From Candidatus Aenigmatarchaeota archaeon (GTDB lineage: Archaea; Aenigmatarchaeota; Aenigmatarchaeia; Aenigmatarchaeales; Aenigmatarchaeaceae), in NCBI GenBank assembly GCA_043814985.1, contig JBDRJK010000008.1, positions 1 through 37,007 on the forward strand: a DNA stretch of 37,007 nt. The letters run 5' to 3'. Every line of letters begins with the position of its first letter. The stretch's first letter is position 1. Below are positions 28,656-35,731 of this stretch, one piece after another. The position numbers were made by a program, and so were the translations under genes. The notes beneath the pieces are model-generated. The model did not search any database and was not told where the DNA came from. It was given only the letters and a program-made list of their open reading frames with translations.

Positions 28656-29477
28656 ATGATGGATAAAATAAATAAAAGGCAATTTGGTAATATAAAATTA
28701 GAAGACATAGAATTAGATCCCCTAAATGTTAGAAAGGAAGGAGTTAGAATTGGACTTGAGGGCTTAAAAACGAGCATAGAAAAAATTGGATTAATTCACC
28801 CAATTATTGTAACAAGAAAAAAAGGTACTAAAAAATTTAAAGTGTTAGTGGGTCAGCGTCGTTTCACAGCATTTAAAGAATTAGATTACGATACTATACC
28901 AGCTATAATTATTAATGATATAGACAATACTTCTAAAAGACTAATTTCTTTTACAGAGAATATTAGTAGAAGCCGTTTACCCTACAATGATACTATTAAA
29001 GTTTGTGATGAATTGTTTAGAAATTATCGAGGACCAAGATCAACAAGATTAAAAAGAATATCTGAAGATGTGGGTCTTCCGTTACAAACGGTTGTTAATT
29101 ATTTATCTTATAGAATAGTACCAGAAGAAGTTAGAGATTTGGTTGATGGTGGTAAAATCGATCGATCACAGGCTTATAAACTTACTTCAGTTTTTTGGCC
29201 AAACTCTAAAAAAATTGTTAGAATAGCCAAACATATGGTTGGAATGACAAAACCAGAATGGGAAAATATACTCGATATAGGTTTGGAAGACAAAAATGCT
29301 CCTTTTGAAGAAATCATGGAAGAGTCAAAAAAACCGTCAAGAAAAATTACAGTTAAGATTAAAATTGAAAGAATTGATTTCGATAAATTAAAACAAATAA
29401 CAAGAGGTAGCAAAAATAAGATTGGTGTATCTGATTTCATTAGTGATATTTTAAAAGATTATCTTAAAGGCCGATGA
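28656..29477 (+). CDS. ParB/Spo0J-family protein (CTPase domain, HTH, C-terminal RHH-like segment)
   Basis: LKTSIEKIGLIHPIIV, VLVGQRRFTA (GxRR box), TENISR, HTH ISEDVGLPLQTVVNYL, and a C-terminal ITVKIKI...KLKQI...VSDFISDILKDYL. Confidence 0.88.
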   Translation: MMDKINKRQFGNIKLEDIELDPLNVRKEGVRIGLEGLKTSIEKIGLIHPIIVTRKKGTKKFKVLVGQRRFTAFKELDYDTIPAIIINDIDNTSKRLISFTENISRSRLPYNDTIKVCDELFRNYRGPRSTRLKRISEDVGLPLQTVVNYLSYRIVPEEVRDLVDGGKIDRSQAYKLTSVFWPNSKKIVRIAKHMVGMTKPEWENILDIGLEDKNAPFEEIMEESKKPSRKITVKIKIERIDFDKLKQITRGSKNKIGVSDFISDILKDYLKGR

Positions 29478-29480
29478 TGT

Positions 29481-30050
29481 ATGAAGAAAAAATTCGATGA
29501 AGATAAGGTACTGGCAATTCTATATTCCAACTTTTCTAGTAAAGGTAAACAAATTAATGATTGGATTTTTATAGCAAAAAAACTTAATGAGCTAAAAGAT
29601 TTCTATAAATCTGAAAAAAAAGTCGCTAAAAATTTAAGATTATCTTATGAAATGGTAAGATCTACAATAAAACTATTAGATTTACCAAAAATAGTCCAAC
29701 AGATGATTAAAAAAGGAGAAATATCTCAAGATCTTGGATGGAGATTGCTTGGTATTAAAAATAAAAAGGATCAAATAAAAGTTGCAAAGGCTATTGTAGA
29801 ACTTAGTGCGCATGATGCAAGGGATATGATAAGGTATGCCAAAAATAACCCCAGTCATTCGATTGAGAAACATATTAAAAGATTAAAAAAATCTAAAAAG
29901 AAAACACGAGAAATAAATGTAGTTGTATTAACTCTTGACGAAGCTACTTATAAATCCGTTAAGGAAATTTCTAAAGAAAATAAAACAGAACCAAATAAGA
30001 TGATTTCAAAAATAGTAGAAAATTGGATAAAAAGAAGGTACAAAAAATGA
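29481..30050 (+). CDS. ParB-like HTH protein lacking the N-terminal CTPase domain, with C-terminal RHH-like segment
   Basis: KKVAKNLRLSYEMVRSTIKLLDLPKIVQQMIKKGEIS matches the Spo0J HTH region; C-terminal VVVLTLDEATYKSVKEIS...MISKIVENWI. Confidence 0.75.
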   Translation: MKKKFDEDKVLAILYSNFSSKGKQINDWIFIAKKLNELKDFYKSEKKVAKNLRLSYEMVRSTIKLLDLPKIVQQMIKKGEISQDLGWRLLGIKNKKDQIKVAKAIVELSAHDARDMIRYAKNNPSHSIEKHIKRLKKSKKKTREINVVVLTLDEATYKSVKEISKENKTEPNKMISKIVENWIKRRYKK

Positions 30051-30751
30051 CACTTATAGTATCACTTGAGGGCAAAGATTTTATAGCAGTTGGTTCAGAT
30101 AGTGAAGGTAGTCGTGAGGATTCACATGGAACTCGTGTTGATAATATAGAAGCAGAAAAATTAATACAATTAACAAAATTCTCTTGTGCGTTAATAGCGG
30201 GCGATGCTGAAATAGGTACAGAACTAATTGAAGAGTTCAAATCTACTTTAAAAAATACTGACAAATGGAACTTAACTGATGTTGTTAAGAAATTTAGTAA
30301 ATTCTGTAAAAAAGAAATATCACATATTTCAGATGTTGTTTCACCAAGTGATATAGCATTCCCTTATATTATTTTTATATTAACAGGTTTAGATAAAAAA
30401 GGGAAGAAATTCATTCCAAAGATAAATGTATTGAGAAGTACTAGACTATTCTGTCCAGGAAGAGAAAAGGACAAATCCGCTAAAGGTAAACCAATGATAG
30501 CTTACTATATACTTGATAAATATTATGATAAAAATTTTTGTCAAGAAGATATGCTCTTTCTTATTGGAAAAGTCATATCCGAAACTATGAGAATAGATGG
30601 GGATGTTGGTGGTAAAATAAAAATGGCAATAATTGACAATAAAGGTTTTAGAAATATAAAAGATAGTGCTGTGGAGATTTATACAAAAGATAAAGAAATG
30701 TATAAGCTGGAAAAAGAAAATAAAGAATTAGAAAATATAATAAAGGAATAA
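30047..30751 (+). CDS. Proteasome beta-subunit-like Ntn hydrolase without propeptide
   Basis: The ATG at 30047 overlaps the upstream TGA. The mature N-terminus T1LIVSLEGKDFIAVGSD17S is followed by K37LIQL, IAGD, FILTG, AYYILDKYY and RIDGDVGGKIKMAII, tracing the beta-subunit pattern. Confidence 0.8.
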   Translation: MTLIVSLEGKDFIAVGSDSEGSREDSHGTRVDNIEAEKLIQLTKFSCALIAGDAEIGTELIEEFKSTLKNTDKWNLTDVVKKFSKFCKKEISHISDVVSPSDIAFPYIIFILTGLDKKGKKFIPKINVLRSTRLFCPGREKDKSAKGKPMIAYYILDKYYDKNFCQEDMLFLIGKVISETMRIDGDVGGKIKMAIIDNKGFRNIKDSAVEIYTKDKEMYKLEKENKELENIIKE

Positions 30752-30752
30752 G

Positions 30753-31721
30753 CTATTTTTTCCAAAACGTAACAAAATCGTGGTTTATTTTTAAATTTTT
30801 AGTTTCAACCAATTCGGCATATATTGATTTACCTCTTCTAATCTGACTCACTGAATTAGATGTTATTTTTATTGCTTGACCACAATCTTCTAAACCTATA
30901 TCTTCTGCTATATTAGCAATTTTTCTACTTAATGGAATAAATTTTCCTCTATAAATCATATCTCCTGTTAAAATGCAAATATATTTATTTTTCTTAAGGA
31001 CCCTCTTAGATTCTAATAAAATAGATTTTACTGATTCAAAAAAATCCTTTAAGCTTTGTCTAGATAAATCATTCTTATCTTTTGAATATTTAACCATTCT
31101 CCAGTATGGTGGGTGAAGAAAGACCATTCCGACCTTTTCGTTTTTCAATGGTATATTTACACTATTATTTTTAATTATGTCTTTGCGCTGAGGGTTAATA
31201 TCATAAGCAATACATTTTCTTTTTAAAACTTTACATACATCTATAGTCGTTCCTGACCCTGCCATGGCATCTAGTATTATATCTTTTTTATTTGTCAAAC
31301 GGAGTATACACTGTTCAATTATTTGTGTTGGAGCATTACCATAAAATTTTGGATCGCCTGCATAATTATCTCTTTTTCCTATATTCCAAACAGTATTTAA
31401 TAAAAGTCCTTTGTTGAGTTGTTTATTCAGATTTTCTATTTTCTTTTTCATCATTTTACTTCTTTTAACTGAAAATTCAGCTATGTCTATAATATTATTT
31501 TCGTATATTTTTTTTCTTTTTAGGGCCTTAATGATTTTTTCATTGAGTAAAGAATCATTCTTTTTTACTATATGTTTAAAGGCATCTAAGGGTATATCAT
31601 TTTTCAAAACAGCATCAATTATTTCATTAGGCATAGTTTTTATTTTATTATTTTCATACATTAAAAGTCTAAATTCTGTAATGTTCCTAATCTTTTCCAA
31701 TTGTTGTGTCTCCAAATTCAT
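30753..31721 (-). CDS. DNA methyltransferase (amino-MTase, HPPY motif) with N-terminal helical extension
   Basis: TVW...FYGNAPTQI, motif I LDAMAGSGTT, YDINP, motif IV FLHPPYW, ESKRVLK. Confidence 0.85.
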   Translation of the reverse strand: MNLETQQLEKIRNITEFRLLMYENNKIKTMPNEIIDAVLKNDIPLDAFKHIVKKNDSLLNEKIIKALKRKKIYENNIIDIAEFSVKRSKMMKKKIENLNKQLNKGLLLNTVWNIGKRDNYAGDPKFYGNAPTQIIEQCILRLTNKKDIILDAMAGSGTTIDVCKVLKRKCIAYDINPQRKDIIKNNSVNIPLKNEKVGMVFLHPPYWRMVKYSKDKNDLSRQSLKDFFESVKSILLESKRVLKKNKYICILTGDMIYRGKFIPLSRKIANIAEDIGLEDCGQAIKITSNSVSQIRRGKSIYAELVETKNLKINHDFVTFWKK

Positions 31722-31903
31722 TTTTTTTCACTCTCCAAAGATTCTACAATAAGAATCTTCCAGTTTTTCTTGAATTTTTCATAGAAATTTCTCAATGCAA
31801 TTGTTATAATACGTTTGTCTGTCCATCCAAAACGATTTGATATTTCTAGAAATTTTTTAGTATCTTCTTCATCAAAAACAATCGTTATTTTATTGTCTTT
31901 CAT
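31718..31903 (-). CDS. Ribbon-helix-helix (CopG-like) regulator
   Basis: KITIVFDEEDTKKFLEISNRFGWTDKRIITIALRNFYEK; ATGA overlap with the MTase. Confidence 0.7.
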   Translation of the reverse strand: MKDNKITIVFDEEDTKKFLEISNRFGWTDKRIITIALRNFYEKFKKNWKILIVESLESEKK

Positions 31904-31913
31904 TAATCATTAT

Positions 31914-31966
31914 TAGTATTATTACTATTTAAACTATTAATAGTATTTATCATAATCAATACTATT
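31914..31966. promoter_or_regulatory. Cluster of inverted repeats upstream of the RHH-MTase operon (candidate operator)
   Basis: tagta-N4-tacta (31914-31927), perfect palindrome actattaatagt (31933-31944), and aatagtatt-N10-aatactatt (31939-31966). Confidence 0.4.
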
Positions 31967-32035
31967 TTATAAAAACTCCATGAAGAATTATATCTAAAAT
32001 TAATTTCTCCATCACGCACTACCCCCACAACACAA

Positions 32036-32043
32036 TTATATAA
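32036..32043 (+). promoter_or_regulatory. TATA box of gapN (probably a leaderless transcript)
   Basis: TTATATAA ends about 20 nt before the ATG at 32064, with no SD motif. Confidence 0.55.
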
Positions 32044-32063
32044 GCCGTGACAATATTCTATAT

Positions 32064-33524
32064 ATGTCAAAACTTTTCGATTCAATAAGAAAGGGCAATG
32101 TCTACAAAATCCTAATCAACGGCAAGTGGGTAAAGTCCTCCACCAAGAAGACCTTCGAGATAAAGAACCCAGCAGACGGCTCAGTAATAGCGGAGGTGCA
32201 GAAAGCCTCGAAAATAGACGCTGAGAAAGCAATAAAGGCTGCCTTTGCCTCAAAGCAAAAGGCCAACATGCCTGCATTCGAGAGGTGCAAGGTTCTCAAC
32301 AGGTTAGCGAGTCTATTGAAGGAACATAAGGAGGAGTTCATAGACATTATCTGCAAGGAATCTGGAAAAACAAAAAGCCTTGCGGAGGGCGAGGTCAAGG
32401 CATCAATAGCTAGGCTGTATTTAGCAGCTGACGAAGCCAAGTCACTGAGGGGAGAAATAATAAACGCTGACGAAGTATCAAACAAGAGCGCCATGGCCTT
32501 GGTTGTGAGAAAACCGTTGGGAGTGATACTCTCAATAACTCCCTTTAATTATCCCTTGTTCACAGCAATAACCAAGATAGCCCCAGCAATAGCAGCTGGC
32601 AACTCTTTGGTTATCAAGCCTGCAAGCGATGACCCGATTTGCTTGCTAATGTTCGGAAAATTGCTGCAGGAAGCAGGCATGCCAGCCGGGACAGTTAATG
32701 TGTTAACTGGCTCAGGGCACGATATTGGGGACTTCATGGTTGCCCATCCTGACATTGACATGGTCTCGTTCACGGGAAGCAGCAACGCTGGCAAGCACCT
32801 GGCAGGAATTGCAGGCATGAAGAAGCTCCATCTGGAATTAGGAGGAAAGGCTCCGGCCATTGTCCTGGAAGATTGTGATTTTGACCTGGCTGTCAAAGAG
32901 GTTGTTTGCGGTTCAATAAAGTTCTCTGGCCAGAGATGCGATGCAATAAGCAGGGTCCTGGTTGTCGAACCAATAGCTGACAAGTTCGTTAATTCTGTTC
33001 TGGAGGAAGTCAAGAAGTGGAAGTTCGGGGACCCGAGAATGCCTGACACTGTTGTTGGACCATTGATAAGCGAATCAGCAGCAAAGTTTGTCGAGGAGCT
33101 TGTCAATGATGCTGTTCAAAAAGGAGCAAAGCTGCTGTACGGCGGCAAGAGGCACGACCACGGCTACTACGAGCCGACTGTCCTTGACAATGTCACCAGG
33201 GACATGAGGATTGCATGGGAGGAGACCTTCGGGCCTGTTGTCACGATTATCAGAGTTAAAGATTATGAAGAGGCAATAAAGATCGCGAACGATTCTGATT
33301 ACGGCCTGGACGCCTGCATATTCACGAACGACATTGACAAGGCAATTGACGCAGGCCAGAGAATAGAGGCTGGCTCTGTCCACGTAAACGCCCACCCGAC
33401 CCACGGAGTAGGACTGTTCCCGTTCGGAGGCGATGAGAGCTCTGGAATTGGAAGGCAAGGAATAAAGCACAGCGCAGAGGACATGACCAAATTACATACT
33501 ATTGTCCTTCATCCGAAGAAGTGA
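32064..33524 (+). CDS. gapN: Non-phosphorylating glyceraldehyde-3-phosphate dehydrogenase (ALDH superfamily)
   Basis: ITPFNYP, KPAS, SFTGS, LELGGK, SGQRCDAIS, EETFGP, PFGG; glycolytic gene context. Confidence 0.85.
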   Translation: MSKLFDSIRKGNVYKILINGKWVKSSTKKTFEIKNPADGSVIAEVQKASKIDAEKAIKAAFASKQKANMPAFERCKVLNRLASLLKEHKEEFIDIICKESGKTKSLAEGEVKASIARLYLAADEAKSLRGEIINADEVSNKSAMALVVRKPLGVILSITPFNYPLFTAITKIAPAIAAGNSLVIKPASDDPICLLMFGKLLQEAGMPAGTVNVLTGSGHDIGDFMVAHPDIDMVSFTGSSNAGKHLAGIAGMKKLHLELGGKAPAIVLEDCDFDLAVKEVVCGSIKFSGQRCDAISRVLVVEPIADKFVNSVLEEVKKWKFGDPRMPDTVVGPLISESAAKFVEELVNDAVQKGAKLLYGGKRHDHGYYEPTVLDNVTRDMRIAWEETFGPVVTIIRVKDYEEAIKIANDSDYGLDACIFTNDIDKAIDAGQRIEAGSVHVNAHPTHGVGLFPFGGDESSGIGRQGIKHSAEDMTKLHTIVLHPKK

Positions 33525-33525
33525 A

Positions 33526-33834
33526 CTAAATTAAGAACTGCTTTCTGAGTTCATCAAGTTTCTTGGCCGTACTCACAATCTCTTCCTCACAGCACCTAAC
33601 TCCATAGACAGGAACGTTTTCCATGCTGTTGCCCTCGCCCTGGGGTATTTTTATGTGATAGACGCCCACTTTGTTCGGAGCCGCTATTTTTTCAGCTTCC
33701 AAAAGCTTCTCCTCACCCAAGTCCCTTCCAATCACAACCTCGACATTGTATTCCCCATCCCCGCAGGGAGTGGAGTCAATAAGCAAGTTTTCAATTCCCA
33801 ATTCTCGGATGGCTTTTTTAGTCTTTTCTTTCAT
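33526..33834 (-). CDS. Hypothetical protein (paralog of 21143-21517)
   Basis: 102-aa ORF; shares AExI...K.V...GEG...E...VY...C with the 21143 ORF. Confidence 0.6.
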   Translation of the reverse strand: MKEKTKKAIRELGIENLLIDSTPCGDGEYNVEVVIGRDLGEEKLLEAEKIAAPNKVGVYHIKIPQGEGNSMENVPVYGVRCCEEEIVSTAKKLDELRKQFLI

Positions 33835-33910
33835 CTGAATACCTTAAGAATATTATAAGAGAAAAAAGATTTAAACGCTTGAAATTAATGATGACTCATC
33901 CGAAGAAAGA

Positions 33911-34336
33911 CTATTTATCAAAATCTTCAACTACTGTTCCAACAGATTCAAAAAGAGGATCCCTGCCGACAAAGTTTTTTGTCTCAAGGGTTTCGCATTG
34001 CGGTTCCATTTTCCCTTTGGACAAGCCAATGACAATTCTGCTGATGCATCCTTCTGGATTCTCCTTTGTCCTATGCCTAGTCAGGTAGGTTCCGATGGCA
34101 GTATAGACAACATTAACATCAACATCATCACACTTTCTCTTCAATATTTCAGCTGTGCTAACAGCATTTGGTATGGCACCCCCGAGAGCTGTAAGGTATA
34201 AGACAGGCTCATCAGAAAGATAATTTATTTTAGACAATGTTCTCTTCATACTACCCATGTATTGGGGATCCGGCATTTGGCTTCTGATAGGCATGACCAT
34301 TGAATTTCCATCAGGCCTCAGGCTTTTCTCTATCAT
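33911..34336 (-). CDS. Divergent Alba-family protein
   Basis: LYLTALGGAIPNAVSTAEILKRK...IGT...ISRIVIGLSK parallels Alba's VIKARGRAISKAVDVAEI...IGT...VSTIEIVL. Confidence 0.7.
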   Translation of the reverse strand: MIEKSLRPDGNSMVMPIRSQMPDPQYMGSMKRTLSKINYLSDEPVLYLTALGGAIPNAVSTAEILKRKCDDVDVNVVYTAIGTYLTRHRTKENPEGCISRIVIGLSKGKMEPQCETLETKNFVGRDPLFESVGTVVEDFDK

Positions 34337-34414
34337 AATAATTATACAAAAGAAAAAGGATTTAAACCCTTACGCAAGCTTTACCATTTTAAGCTCTGAA
34401 AACAATTATAACTT

Positions 34415-35731
34415 ATGAGTATTTTTAGGGCGTACGACATCAGGGGCGTCTACAAGGAGGACATAACAGAGGATGTCATGCTTAAACTGGGAAAAGCACT
34501 AGGAACATTTCTGAAAGGCAACAAGAATGTGGCTGTTGGATATGACACACGACTATCTTCTAAAAGGCTGTACGACTCGTTCTCAAGGGGATTAACCTCA
34601 ACAGGCTGCAGCATCATAAACCTGGGCATGATACCCAATCCAATGCTATACTTCTACGCGTGGAAGAACAAGACCTTCGGCGTAATGATAACAGGATCCC
34701 ACAATCCCAAGGAATGGAACGGGATAAAAATAGTCAGGCCTTCTGGCGTGAGCTTCATCAAGGAGCTGGAAGAGGTCGAGAAGGTATACAATTTCGGGAA
34801 ATTCGTGAAAGGAAAGGGGGGAATAACCAAAGGGGAAGTCAAGGATACCTACAAGAAGTTCCTGAAAAGGAAGCTGGGCTTCAACAGGAAGAAAGTCGTA
34901 ATAGAATGCTTCGGCACAGTTGGAGTAATCGCGCTCCCAATGATGAGGGAGCTGGGGCTTGAGGTAATAAGCCTGCATGACAGGCCTGACGGCAATTTCT
35001 TCGGCTTCGAGAGGCCAGAGCCAAAGGGGCAGAACCTCAACATATTGAAGAAGCGGGTCAAGCAGGAGGAGGCTGACTTTGGAGCTGCTTTTGACGGCGA
35101 CGCTGACAGGGCCGTGTTCATAGATGACAAGGGAAGGGAACTGAACGGCAGCATAATGAGCGCCATATTCATCAAGCATATAATGGGGAAGAACAGAAGA
35201 GGCAAGATAGTCATAACCCCTGACTGCGCGAGCGAGCTTGAGAAATTAATAGAGGACGCAGGAGGCAGGACAGTCTGGGGAAGGGTCGGTCACGGCTACA
35301 TAGAGAGGAGATTAAAATATGAGAGGGCCCTTTTCGCGGGAGAGCAGAGCTCCCACTTCTACTTCAACAAGTTCTACCCGTTCTCAGACGGCATACTCGC
35401 AATACTATATCTGGCCAAGGTGCTGAAAGAGAGTGAAGAGAAGCTGTCCAAGATGGTTGACAAGTTAAAGATCAATCCAATAGACAAGATATACATCAAT
35501 GTCAGGACAGAGGAGGACAAGAAGAGAATCATGAGGAAGATAAAGAAGAAGTACCACGACGCCAAGAAGATGATGGACGGCGTCAAGATACAGCTGAACA
35601 AAACTGAATGGGTTCTCATAAGGTCGAGCCAGACCCTGCCGGAAATAAACCTGTGCGTGGAAGCGAAAACCAAGACAAGATTAAAGGATTTAATAGAGAA
35701 GTATTCTAAGATAATCAGAAAGGAAATCTAA
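34415..35731 (+). CDS. Phosphoglucomutase/phosphomannomutase
   Basis: IFRAYDIRG, ITGSHNP, FDGDADR, GEQSSH, RSSQT. Confidence 0.93.
   Translation: MSIFRAYDIRGVYKEDITEDVMLKLGKALGTFLKGNKNVAVGYDTRLSSKRLYDSFSRGLTSTGCSIINLGMIPNPMLYFYAWKNKTFGVMITGSHNPKEWNGIKIVRPSGVSFIKELEEVEKVYNFGKFVKGKGGITKGEVKDTYKKFLKRKLGFNRKKVVIECFGTVGVIALPMMRELGLEVISLHDRPDGNFFGFERPEPKGQNLNILKKRVKQEEADFGAAFDGDADRAVFIDDKGRELNGSIMSAIFIKHIMGKNRRGKIVITPDCASELEKLIEDAGGRTVWGRVGHGYIERRLKYERALFAGEQSSHFYFNKFYPFSDGILAILYLAKVLKESEEKLSKMVDKLKINPIDKIYINVRTEEDKKRIMRKIKKKYHDAKKMMDGVKIQLNKTEWVLIRSSQTLPEINLCVEAKTKTRLKDLIEKYSKIIRKEI

Larger units (their letters stand above)
28320..32000. mobile_element. AT-rich genomic island (boundaries approximate; no integrase in the window)
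   Basis: Abrupt shift to AT-rich sequence and A/T-ending codons between the IMPase remnant and gapN; cargo of ParB, MTase and RHH genes. Confidence 0.7.

Noticed and set aside
30023..30046. TTG start for the proteasome-like gene given by the ORF track
   Set aside because: The ATG at 30047 gives an ATGA overlap and exposes Thr1, so it is more plausible.
28656..30050. Ordinary ParABS partition locus
   Set aside because: There is no ParA/Walker ATPase or replication gene nearby, and the second ParB lacks the CTPase domain.
31971..31998. TTATATCTAAA (31988-31998) resembles one arm of a Thermococcales dif site, near the island's right edge
   Set aside because: The opposite arm (aaaaactccat) is not complementary, and the weak look-alike at the left edge (about 28339-28366) has a different spacer. 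Xer-mediated integration is not supported.
28301..32024. Imperfect inverted repeat (28301-28320 vs 32004-32024) as possible terminal repeats of the island
   Set aside because: Only about 17/21 with a gap. The left copy is part of the duplicated IMPase upstream region, and there is no target-site duplication or transposase.
31903..32085. 60-aa minus-strand ORF upstream of the RHH gene
   Set aside because: It overlaps the gapN start and promoter and has a low-complexity Asn-rich tail; probably spurious.
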